DNA of 64,000 nucleotides from Verrucomicrobiota bacterium (GTDB lineage Bacteria; Verrucomicrobiota; Lentisphaeria; JABSQK01; JAJFLO01): NCBI GenBank assembly GCA_021772615.1, contig JAJFLQ010000029.1, positions 9,338 to 73,337 of the forward strand, read 5' to 3'. Shown piece by piece: positions 63,101 to 64,000 of this stretch (position 1 is its first letter; each line of letters starts with the position of its first letter). The notes under the pieces were generated by a model. It saw only the letters and a program-made list of their open reading frames with translations, ran no database searches and was not told where the DNA came from. The position numbers and the translations under genes were made by a program.

Positions 63101-64000
63101 CATTGCGATCGCTACGCATCAGACACCAAACCGCCAACGGCTGGGCGCCGATGACCGTCACTCACGGTCAGGTCACCGACGTTTACGACCACGCAAAACT
63201 GACCTGGGACGACACCGGCGGATTCGCGAATCCCGTTGAGACGGTGACGGCAACGGCGCAGCTCAATAACCTGTGGACTCGCGCGGGTGATGACCGGATC
63301 GATGTGTATTCGCGAACCGGGGACCCGCATCACCACGTGCCGGCAACGGGTGCGGCGGATCAGGTCGTCCACGCGGCCACGGTTGTCTTTCCGACGGCGG
63401 TAACGGACGCGGCGGCGCACATGGATACGATTTTTGCACTGACGGCGGACGGCGATATTCACGTCGTAGATCTCTACCATCCCGCGGCGGCGCACATCAC
63501 GCAGACCATTCCCCAGGACGACATCCATACCGTCGTGGCTGTCGGTGATTATCTGATCGCCGCGGGGAGCACGGCCGTGAGATTCCACGACATTGTGCGT
63601 GACGACCGCGGCGCCGCTTCGCTGAATGCCGTGGCCGCCGTCAACGAATCCACCACCGGGGGCGCCGTGGTTATCGATCACGTGCTGTGGGCGACAACCG
63701 CGACCGGCCTGGTGTATATCGATATCACCAACATCAATGATCCGGTGACACTCGGACATTTTGTGACGCCGGCGTTCGATCGGCTGCGCGCGATCGGCAC
63801 GTGGCTGTTTGCACGGTCCACCGATGCACAAAGCATCACCATCATTGACACCGGGAACCTCAGAATTGTCGGCACGCTTGTTGTCGACCGCGACATTCAT
63901 GATTTCGCGGTCCGCGGCGGACATCTGTACCTGTCGCACGGCGACGGCGTTTCGGTCCGATCCCTGGATTTCGATCTGGACGGCGCCGTTGCAACGCCGG
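33103..64000 (+). CDS. Giant secreted Ig/LVIVD/IPT-TIG surface protein, at least 10,299 aa, 3'-truncated by the window end (absent from the ORF track)
   Basis: ATG 33103 gives MRFAKNIFFNPHVRHILRIVLTFLIAALIAGHTATA-TINRIDLP (signal peptide) and overlaps the upstream gene by 29 nt. Frame 1 translates as coherent domains wherever I read it, up to the last bases (SLDFDLDGAVATP). The track lists no frame-1 + ORF after 33103, as expected if no stop closes this frame. Confidence 0.93.
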   Translation, partial: MRFAKNIFFNPHVRHILRIVLTFLIAALIAGHTATATINRIDLPAAPQAGDIDIDVSTTMAPSDTGELVQTRVTVAELDAYLATANRSTAAGSDLVNRQVFAALRTAMLHADVIELEHTTDATSDTLEFTAPLTTPLTARSLILIETSTAPATDPDDDYAEAARLFTVDRTAPFISELSVFRVATDYSFAATAEISGNSDIASVSFRLIAAPPSVLIRESGVLSTLDHVFTGPEVQHITAAAPDQRTFSTVHHLRDDARLAREDILILLTTVTDQFGNVRTQSELFPANDLVPVDISGITVMPASISLGGFGDDVDLHVFGSLDDQGQVELSTDNGLVLTSLNHDIALVDANGTVSGVLAGTTAIHIDYAGFEHTVDVIVDGEIELDAVRVGAPVVELDAVGDRFQLNVTGVLSNGNEIDLVAGGYPLAFIAATPDVVTISNAGLVTGAQPGATEVTVNCPYFPALSTSFTVHVADGPPEIELSANRRSVPEDQEIRVTADVSDDIGPEGIAAVVFVVDDIPIFTDTTFPYDITIRAPERRAGTLLRISAIVTDQAGNAVTATPLRIPVTAPLDTSTHASGALRFYTPDDENAYQQLLSLEGKSGYTIDADPVVLGGNFVAGTLLDLRVIVDAGQFDRMELLVNGTRVASETRSRPLIARPPGTTPGAAALVLAEASYSLSTVIPTREVGRTMIVIARGFRNGKHLDSPAGIIQVVADRPPRVAITSHLDGAAVRDGTDHVITATVTDDLMNHGAFVEFFINEQSVLVTDDRVSSVANDSAPEAFGSRPYRYTLTIPENSLGETYDIRAVAMDKAGHFESSETVTLIVQPNAPPQLEIVAPLPNSEWVAGSVLTINANVTDDGRFGPVSYYVNDERVAVNTAGVPASFRIAADRAGDDLVIAAEVTDDNGLQDRDEVLVSVIGDDIPPAVAIAVPHDQSTVVETRNIAFVAGGFDNLGIARVAFFVNGGDEPFHTATADEIMQNSDKTFIVNAVYDHTRYVAGDRLVFAAVATDVSGNTSRSSQVVVDVVAEDIAPVAIDIVFPRDGASYYHGQSVDIFTSTPLTARIVHVDFYFDANPPETEPVTTDMQKPYQFAHVLPDADENRSYAITVVATDVDGRTASDTITVNALVDDIIPEVAIHHPFESSLLIEGRPLEIVAVATDNIGVDRVAFFADGDLIGTDGTGELEDAIFTRFSMGWTLPLLNDGEKARDVVLTARAWDSNENVSVDYDITIAVRDDSPPVVEIIEPFPNRSFFIGQTFSVQAIVSDDVGVDTVTFYSGGVEIDSHALAGAVQETVGIGNVPTPAADNAIIRVEVTDTTGQTAFTEIPVNVVPDIEPPTCRITRPISGLEVLDTDRIQITVATSDNQAVADIELLVDGASLDPPLFLTRSPKFHTETVLVPNSETFGQLVQEVIRYETFTGSFAIPDDAVNTDLEISAAARDFGANRTVSIPIIIHVVPDLVPPFVRITAPKSSDRIFATHPDAEDPRVLTIGVAATDNVHVQEVFATVRFGDDEPIELNQTRSIELPVLESATTVTITASATDDNGNLGIAIPVAVTVLPAPESDPGGGGGGNGGGGSEPVDQPPTVSIASPADDRIFYETETYGFTVNARDDLGVAALNAFQSDLEPATPDPVGHAASWYLPDYFVLQYLEALTVNQADGARELTVSHGLSAFGKNVVTTALTPGGLDADSRDFDLVFDMYAGAVGATLDYTIDATMEDGSVVEVVTDTFTFTTDELSAATTIALPYDTVQFAVIATLHKGGQVLPMPVAELIVHLDNADGADIDIVTDPTHAVRIMPQRRTVTNTVLVPGGHVTDAFDFPDEIVPTSGLPKRRYYLAEATDTADTPHSVFTEPVAVVWKKDFEAPRIAIDHPPRHTLIEGTSLPLTLTMSDQMGLASAVLFFNGRRHQSYELSGLSATLQEVIPIPEDAADDIWQFQVVVSDIFGNTTQSPLLEFVILDDQPPSININRVSNIWSGATAINAYNAVSGIEVLEGTRVSLAISASDDVNPSPDVRVYMGDSELIPSGGSSYHWDVPIGSAGRDFTIVATATDDRGQTAESFAFLRAVNDLAPFVTMVAPGIDQPLTAGRLLVRMRAVAVDNIDVSTIRFYINDQEFARRTNLATVQVNVEQAPVPFDQATTLGIAEFPEEYQSVAADGYRVVSASSDIRIPVGLLDDVTEVKMGVRVEDNFGNAYYDFRMVQVTPDNLRPRIRFIAPALDRDFIEGTAMNMAMSAGDDSYVREVRIWNHVVVPDLESQDFIADGAELLYSNSRFPLNDHAIASTNLVDIPEIEFEVRLPTLAELGITDVERVPFNQFTGGTRERVYYGAEVTDASGNVTRGWSFYSIITDNAPIIDLLTPLPNSYYPEGSLVPIHAQVADDVFVDSVDFIINGEIRHTDTTAPFNWAYQVPAEIGDDTFTVAARAVDSFGNVSNEPEIIVHTRNDYPPTVSISNPTNGRQLYEGRDLLIQASAGDDIAVTSVTFMIDGVPVLTDLSYPYEMSWNVPFDRVGTSVIIGASAVDTAGQVTLSDQNRVHIIRDDEAPTVAIEEPADFSGIIAGNSVEVRATALDNVFVSSVAFYLNNSPAPFHVNLAAPYAFTLPIPPEAEGQAWTITAIATDTAGNDSEPRTVTVNVVRDLPPVVSLLAPPETGASVVEGEIYVVSAIADDDIDVVYTEFFIDDRSVAVDYVLPYNFPFEVPLDADGNVYRIHAVAVDTSGQETATPIHELSVVADQPPSVELDLPFPGTLVFDGDVVPLQAHAVDDIGIERVAFYVNGRPTDVTFNSGGQLGEFDADAVFRGEFIAPVGSEGNLFEIYAVAYDTRGHVARSESVRIGKIRDTTPPEITLFYPADGEIVTEGVDIEVKANVVDLTGVDEVTFFVDDEPVFTDYAPAPDDTVTPYGMRFKVPVGRAGEFVRFRAQAVDPSGNIGFSQEVEIELGMATLGSLVQTSQARKPIPTIDVQQRGSLTYTVTNTTIGGKKAWLLDIVDTVSRPAVPRILGTATQIGFGHAAGMHIDENEKAYVLGVANNDTSYIGIVDIADPFRPAVVSTTSIPLQEGRDIAAADSMVVVANGAAGLEILDARDPLNVLRIQSVFLDGDANAVEIRGGLAYVAAGREGIHIIDITRPFMPAIGNIDTFGIAVDIDLRGDFLYVAGESIETFATPGSALTVIDVSAPDDPLIVARMDAGIQRRDHKSGGAQAIHVLDTIGLLTTEVRDQDGEYVKGLLRVVDLSDPSQPTVMMSANLPYNGAAISMAAGNVLIADGAGGLRVIPQQYFGIVAVAPDNGAELPRPGDPVTVTFSNVIHPDALFGPVMNTAPDVLRVSKVDAGGLAPVAGEWIRDGLRVHFLSADAFSPHALYQIDVAADIRDLGGHTLGVPFISRFFTGSGVPEAVPRIDTFDNHYIQIDENAPITITGRHFDVIDQVLIGGEVAEILRRSSTELKIVPPLNFPGMAAIEFITLGERRHIVHNAFVYLEEVDVSFLTPAIGRLAGFDRIEVVGAGFHPGIDCTIDGVPVSDIKLISPVRFECTTPPGDFGLADVIVFDDTRAAALDDGFLYSRLDVKFVMEHLTSPDPGDTTRLSPVYTADFAIHDDLLYAAISGAFGALAIVDLPTGAITNDNAPIILKQVDLPGDLRPETIDITTIDDRLFAVIGVSTSASSDPGAPLSDKGGLILVDVTDPTNPEIFEDGAPQNEGKGRAYLDGIPTAMAFIGSFALVGTEADGLYGVDVSTPETPLVVNHQAQFILNGQARTPHIHAITRRDGLVWLATASGLIVVDPRTAAFTPVHYHPSLRGDLDVRGELGFFAPGGGPVIFADIHPVHAARSLSHIDPNVFTNDAATNPLLVGNLGLAGYGGALGVINAADPGFPRLFDAVSVATPDGEFSANAIYDIAIHGHTAIVSAVREKPLPNNQVVIEAAALAFVPLPIPNVIEILPERLTTAAPLDTHVEITVSEPVVAATVTPESFQLYSPVGSGTGMYIDGTITVLDPHVIEDELSGMPLAAGTRFRFDPVDDLSAGKEYRVILTDAIISAISEFPLVAPVESTFVTTLGDTRRPVITEIAPNSGLVTGGVMVTINGTDFDASAQVLLGGVGVDDEMVNGDGSSITFVLPPNNAGQVAVEVVNSNGLGAIVFSGFLYQEPFRLLSVSPNFGPTDGGTEVIIDGTGFDVSGDIDVYFDAEPVTFLQVLSANKIKVSTPDGLLGEADIRVVNHAGDPDAETLVLEDAFLYAQNTDVTIAAGFNHDWAIEPLLNVAFMPGLVKRCLECPLEFALRVIDLNLPSELNFDRRTNLDQTISQLIFDVAGQKKLGGITLLPRRDLVLISSNTTLYIIDAGDLNNMRLLAKHPLESDQGGGIAAAGNTVYVAAGSDGVKIFNIHFPTRPFLMDSFQTHRPALDVTLVDNQALLVREGVIANGFYPYRTGIQPNTGYVEIVDVVSSEHEPLSGFPINFERTRIVDNDVYFISAAEGITKYSLADLSQPQLLGAAPQLAPVSDFDIAHDVGYLGGGARGITYVDMADVDSAQIFATALNPTTAGMTLIEQSGGTVYALFGGTIQVLRTQRFGVHSNYPVQSQLVRVDIDQIKVDFTQNLDTAAFTGSSFRLVNASNGDDAFTDYAIDAVGNTVIATLHSPLDVDSQYRVDVAADIVDIFGMTLLDDVSWTFRTATLIDAVKPEILDIYPGFAPMAGGTRLTIVGNFFEQGMAVDIGGVRSPIFELRGRVTDNNQNFFTVAKVVVPGSARGMAEVRVINPGGLWDAWLGGVQYFAPLRIDSVMPVFANPRGGTEITVLGDGFIPGNTVEPGTVIDIDGIPVSNLKVHTPFRVTATLPGGPFGPANLIVTNPGFETPGFDRVVLFDAIRYGLRHIGAAQFTHAKPKFMVRDELNFGKLLYAAGGHYNDGNSFSYPTNLPEPYEELLASYYAVGFDVSDPTDPIPAVGRTSVLSQNELNRIRDRLDNGQSVGDPRKAPDSRALAVAEVTDIHGAARRLLLVANGKLGLTVMDIDDPQAMTVLASQRGSGLGANVTALDNLALVSSSGDGGQGIDVFDLSDPDDPVYLETLAFGGGGAQVHRGKLYVMTTRVNEPNYGCPQEMRHPAPRFVGTFGDFARCDGPLASCCNPPEYGGGTISVVDLEHPGRPVLTTLNTAGAAHDFSISGDLLAVAADTAGFYLFDISDPELPRMLSHTPLPDDRVAAVPGNYYRIEIRGSLVFIAAQEGGIQIYDINDPTAPVLVSAGNEEMALDVELVEDSVVSTADNGIDVFATPFTSVINVFPGRDAERAPPDSVVTIHFSRNIHAPNLRLGDNIRVLDRDGEVVAGTLLYPDTGTGTFIVQFAPDGPLAFSVDTLTESDFDQLDAGDAIPDVVSHALASHGVATGDTTRLVTGESGDKWLIVVGDDIVPDDIVVLRRDGGILDVFASAFVPGEQYRIELTTGITDEEGGRLPAPVSQTFSVAPAGSMQPDVERLSSRYLAMAGGETVTVFGSGFEPGLSVTIAGADADIVDNTVTPTSFEIVTPTFATTGLSTLDVLNPSGLRDIRFGKFIVIASLEHVDLAMSRDAGAVEGGEEFSITTSDLALVPGTRVEFRGDAFFRLGGTGVGGAADLVDLDITSLKHLSGFVPRADFPGFVDVVVISPNGIERVVGSYSYVLRQDPDIAIGVSGQSMRIVDDRVMLVGSELNLVDISIPVRPIRETRVPLDDDGRDVFVLDDMAIVAAGSRGLEIIDIHDRDNGFLVDSAAVFGEAVGTDFFDDRLYVAVANRFSPDDSLVQVIDPRTPRLRTVRDLGVSGAPLDIYQANGLLHLAVNRDAQLWLIAIDPFTGDEISGFALDPSHYDAVPDHMSLVVRGGLALINIGSRILVVDLAAERVRFYAEIAGSVSAFDYYRGVLYVHHGGVLTPFSIPILNIEGFSPGAGEIALRDQAIRIDFSRPVNPYTVTEDVNGNGVLDLAEDLNGNNMIDPGEDRNGNGTLDLTEDINGNGILDTPNVRVYLDQNGNGAVDDDERSNRVTGILTTTFTATASYVEFVPEELFEPAAPYLVEVISPPAHQKRPLDPWNPETVTGIRDLETYALTSDGLLAFTTSALADESRFQITSVAPRFLPGSRSNLFRVTGRGFTPGIQVTVGNRVPDSVTVLNAETLEISVPPLNSRDFGMAAVTLSNPGGIRDTYYGAVVYIPAVQVFSISRDTGRPDGGFRVTMAGTGFIPGGTEVFFDETVPAEDVRVQALDRLSFIVPSGNFGTVDVSVVVHGVVDVLPGAFTYTLPALPSPGHTFGLGAIRSLILNDQWGILSESKGTVRTIDISDPLDITTLDTLGYPAKSIVYQAPILYIGNGARVTRVDATRPAALDVIDHTGVTGIVNDVIVKDNLLIAATGSGLDIFALSPFNTYQRVTTIPVAGGVSVMASRGALLLHDHVVDGEPQLCIRDLNADGMPVLGSTVLASAPARIQIVDNLVYAACPAAGVAQVIDYTARDLPITLAYINPVDDFAAGEAPVNDLQVDGTIMYIACADADLQIFDITDLDAPELLQYGTISGAASAVRYQDEFVYVGTTGGQLHVFPFLAPAVRGVTPAYGDIAPVETPVRLAFNTILRTPVNAGRFELTDDTGAAVTGRLLHSIADNHSLLTFRPDQPLATDSEYTVTVTPGIEDLAGRLLTHTYRSRFFTAGVTAARRPGITRVSPVYGLISGGDTVDLFGSGFSDDMVILFGDRPVSDFRVEDNGTRVTLETPAAAGAHSASITVRDHSGLADTHYAAFTYIDFPRIDTVQPASGQTGGGNVVTVRGRGFYPGIRVAVSGRESDSVAVSGHETLTFTAPDGIVGFGDVTVISELGTTATAGQPDGYLFTLPQRYASAPLRHPDFVLTDGNLPRMILGADGNAFQVFTAFTPLTPEPAGAVAVDGPPITHVSHRDRLAVASMGDRVAVIDFTDFQFPEITAVKTFIPPTRVKKAFFAGDLILAWDEQRNVIYGLDHSDNGLAIVAEIQPRDGSQIVDILAVSDTDNTMTMVTSRDNRRHLERRLLHTEALPLEDGVELPAGYRSLSFYSRLLAAPGPAGISVIPLDHPEDTVTIAGDYTAVAVRTGILFAARSNRIDVWDLGDIGNPEFKTEIRLTDHIVELHEFDGLIYAGSGSRIITAETPFTYISGKTPVHAAATAPETTPLVFGFPALSPAEHRIASAFSMRLNDADIGFSRSATDHQVQLTPAPSLIPGDRLVVELQSADGALIGDELRATVVTDVIVAETPAASALTVTGIAPRSLVDNGEPAAIVISGSGFATVESILVGGIEAIVDFRDDTEFQITVLPTTTLAGITLIDRVDGQDVPVHAGYLNVVESLEISSLAPTTIGYTGGISGFIAGAGFSRDMRLFLNDVATSIEGFAGTDAVRFVIPAGESDITLRLEKPGATPVVLEDAIVRVDNVPPRIVGDIEPADRIGIPVSATFAVTFSEPIDINDFDLFRPLRLTDASGNEIPTEPYFWDFNDTRVELVPMDLLSSATLIDLHFDGAVDLAGNVLGGIAARRYSTVDDGDPTIALIAPQDQMPVQSESVILLQATVADNLQDVHVGSTHLGVSAHNIQFFVNNILVDETVRITDGVAEAPYTTPAVAFETMLTIHAVAEDAARNTAETTPVEITVLPIQAPTLAFIAPTPDDNSVIGEFGRFTVAVDAHSDRGIDRVALYIDAVLAATSNAASAVFSGLSAPPNGPGHVFNVDAIAYDRNGLASAPIRRTYTIGPEMEPPTLVMLTPEEDGGVLEGLPLRIELDASDNKGIAQVAIYEILDGQETLIRQLTGTPWTASIATPLVDHDETRTIRAVAVDVTGLETSVVRNVLTWNDTTAPTVAITAPDHGSRYDEDQLVNVTVEAADNGAVQQVTLTTPSGELTDDRPPYRFSFAMPLTSISARTIEISAVAADRAGNLSRQASIDLVSLDRTGAVVSTPIAVTPARDPQPSGAFITVDASIDTFYHFNPLFDDDVAWQDSTVTLVHDGNVVRSARYGSVLSWQLPAVNVATTMSIHTMLVTSDGNAIENELALTVAPLAIVMTTAEPHTVAPDTRKRLHVTGVWNAPATVNILVDGTVIATLEDEPFVYDFPVPDMDAGQQITLSARLLDGGGAQIDGDPLILTIGDDTTPPQIVALDAPASAIEGTPVTVRITAADDVAIDHVRLTINGDALVLPADDATPVDSPDTEAAALAFTTTYDLPALTDIADGAVGFDAVAVDTGGNESAIANGAISVLVDPSPLAPSIVSIEQPLPGTSFIEGTTIAVRGAAEDTDGTVAAVVIALASGQSHQAGVVAGAFSYDLPLPVADGFTPLLLTVTAIDNGGNLSAPVEVSINLVDDVEKPAASLIVSPSPAVAAGTRLQLDAQITDNVAVQQLELRVVDGNGVVFAEMPDLAEQRLAAFAYSRDVAVPAAAAGDALEITLTVTDVAGNSTRTTRRLDVMPGLHLAGHTWKLQQTESLRALMRDRGTVYGVYDVQRPDRPDESFVVAFDDAAPVRDIRSIIGVPAPVTALAAACDHLYAFTATGEVFIYDGSAPDTLSPRTSVDIGTVFTGVATAGGAGLVAYNRDQVCRIDLGDCLDPVIERTAAVTGVDRVEVVGDTVYVAAGSVLKLLDYLTLSPVRQIPVSATAGLVFNRTGFWAAGDRAIRFVADGFPYGAVDDPIRYPGPALNLPTPVVAVLPIAPTLVGVVLDDRVVVVGFGDRYTLRSYGTIMLEKTAASAILTGDGDILIALPDGEMTRIDIALPDIDAAPDVDLELTGLAQDIAIINSTAVVAQGLFGMSVIDLSLPQFPEVIGTFQSDGLVLSLDVLGDAIYVANGFAGVTRTRLSNGGGTLTGPAARVQGGARKVAAGTRCVTVLGAGITVLDPVSLDVQSTVAVGGTPIDISMSGDILAIAMAGGNCLIYSVEAPATPTLLASFAAGVDVSSVYLAGSQLYLGILNPDLVSWDIDVYDLDDPPAPRFSHMLNAAPLPSPIESMRVLGNELYAFAGAGGVLRFDRATGDVRELPSRDFAFSGAFLGQFLYVADGYGGLNGIAIDRSDTAAGLFVSAPAQTFTLPQGGERVVAIDAGDHFGIAGVAFYLDDQLQFEDTSYPYTFDLAAAVDDAPGVAYEVRAEVRSRRGGHATMAGPVTAFVAPQIDAQPPTLAEVSAPATVSEGDVIEISVDATDNLGNPLVELYVNGFLVAVDATPPYEFAYLAPQVHQDADLTVLVTAADAAGNTARDSSVVRVINQLLPPAAPVFTAPIDGADVVQGAPIRIAIATPGNQPAAAARFYINNVLAAEDRQAPYQFFYAPPETTTADIMISAGFVNFAGQAGQISTITVHPVSDRRPTVAFTHPTPSSAFVGGAGIPVSIDATDDIAVESIRISLDGRHIRTLDGTVSTFDLQLAPVDTPESHTLTAVAADNRGQTASAQVTFDVVPDQPPVIANAVPADRSERLRGLDIVVEADVTDDVAVERVEFYRDNTLVATVPAPAVDDRYTAIMTIPFDHAADALDLTLVAYDQVGNHSTLQHTIFLATGAAPAVDILSATSATAFIENTAVSLLIRAASPYPIDDITLFLDGAPVATTSNPLGDGTFSTSLLLPAITGAEQSIAIDAGARDAHGQTGVSSTTTIVVVADQPPSGSVSVIPPHGAGIVEGDAVTIRVAAQDDLAVAEIVVFAEDAEVNRRQVSGTGSFDFTWTAPGVPEDEDTTALTIYAGITDSAGQSATTDLLSVTIHRDQPPSAALLSPLPGAEVVGGSLLPVVVQVDDDKAVAGVEVFFDGIGIGALSSIGDSLYTGNVRIPGAPAGHEGVLLVRAVDQKDQIGVSGGVPVRIVFSAGVAAEIPGNEAARIVAIGDDVLLAGRGGGRVIGIDYDNGLTPAGDTVTLNRPSHESIVVIGVDPVVTEGVRLDVLESFAADTDYLLAEIAFIDAAGSVVRPQLLGASSQDPENPVAMLTDGVPDPGTAAPYGTYDSLLTANGFSPSEPGASFITFIFAEPVEIAEIRLFQFAHDRRRALRSLRIRHQTANGWAPMTVTHGQVTDVYDHAKLTWDDTGGFANPVETVTATAQLNNLWTRAGDDRIDVYSRTGDPHHHVPATGAADQVVHAATVVFPTAVTDAAAHMDTIFALTADGDIHVVDLYHPAAAHITQTIPQDDIHTVVAVGDYLIAAGSTAVRFHDIVRDDRGAASLNAVAAVNESTTGGAVVIDHVLWATTATGLVYIDITNINDPVTLGHFVTPAFDRLRAIGTWLFARSTDAQSITIIDTGNLRIVGTLVVDRDIHDFAVRGGHLYLSHGDGVSVRSLDFDLDGAVATP
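34530..41940 (+). repeat. About 20 tandem Big_7-type Ig repeats, preceded by 2 Big_2-type domains at about 33980-34530
   Basis: Recurring DxPPxVxIxxP...AxDDxGVxxVxFxxxG...PY...AxAxDxxGN units of about 95-130 aa, e.g. DYPPTVSISNPTNG 40450 and DTTPPEITLFYPADG 41635. Further blocks lie at about 55680-58430 (~9) and 60240-62560 (~8). Confidence 0.8.
37810..37848 (+). repeat. GGA-repeat Gly linker (PGGGGGGNGGGGS) in the giant protein
   Basis: cccggaggaggaggaggaggtaacggcggcggaggaagt between two Big_7 repeats. Confidence 0.8.
41950..55350 (+). repeat. Seven higher-order repeats of [LVIVD beta-propeller - Big_5/SbsA Ig - IPT/TIG x2]
   Basis: Units start near 41950, 43820, 45830, 47720, 50080, 51910 and 53660. 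LVIVD blades (YVAAG.EG..I.DI..P), Big_5 ends (YxIxV...IxDxxG..L...FxSxFxT) and TIG starts (PxIxxVxP..G...GG..VTIxGxGF). Confidence 0.8.
50929..51072 (+). repeat. Four 36-nt tandem repeats encoding EDxNGNGxLD Ca-binding-like loops
   Basis: EDVNGNGVLDLA / EDLNGNNMIDPG / EDRNGNGTLDLT / EDINGNGILDTP, plus a fifth degenerate copy DQNGNGAVDDDE at 51091-51126. Confidence 0.85.

Noticed and set aside
33595-63939. Many minus-strand and frame-2/3 ORFs (e.g. 42277..43902, 37804..39003, 51985..52977)
   Set aside because: All overlap the frame-1 giant gene, which has coherent domain repeats; these translations are compositionally biased shadows.

Overview
GC-rich (roughly 60-65%) bacterial DNA. The PVC superphylum (Lentisphaerae/Kiritimatiellota-like) is a guess from protein motif style only. 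The whole window is one co-oriented (+ strand) cluster of nine secreted or surface-protein genes, with no housekeeping genes, RNA genes, mobile elements or CRISPR arrays that I can support. From left to right: (i) four tandem paralogous fibre genes (<1..4148) that share an N-terminal domain and a GNVGIGT-type shaft but have unrelated tips, two of them phage-like (one resembles the T-even gp38 polyglycine adhesin); (ii) a 1,923-aa cohesin/dockerin/HYR scaffoldin-like protein; (iii) a small CARDB-dockerin protein; (iv) a 3,843-aa Gly-rich/beta-helix/FN3/LamG protein; (v) a 3,319-aa Ig/LamG protein; (vi) a giant gene missing from the supplied ORF track. That gene starts at ATG 33103 with a signal peptide and appears to stay open in frame 1 to the window end (at least 10,299 codons). 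It is built from about 37 Big_7-type Ig repeats and seven copies of a higher-order unit [LVIVD propeller - Big_5 - IPT/TIG x2]. A recurring design feature is nested insertion of ligand-binding domains, some with lower GC, into loops of structural domains. The locus looks like a modular extracellular adhesion or prey/host-recognition apparatus. Domain names come from motif recognition by eye, not from HMM searches.
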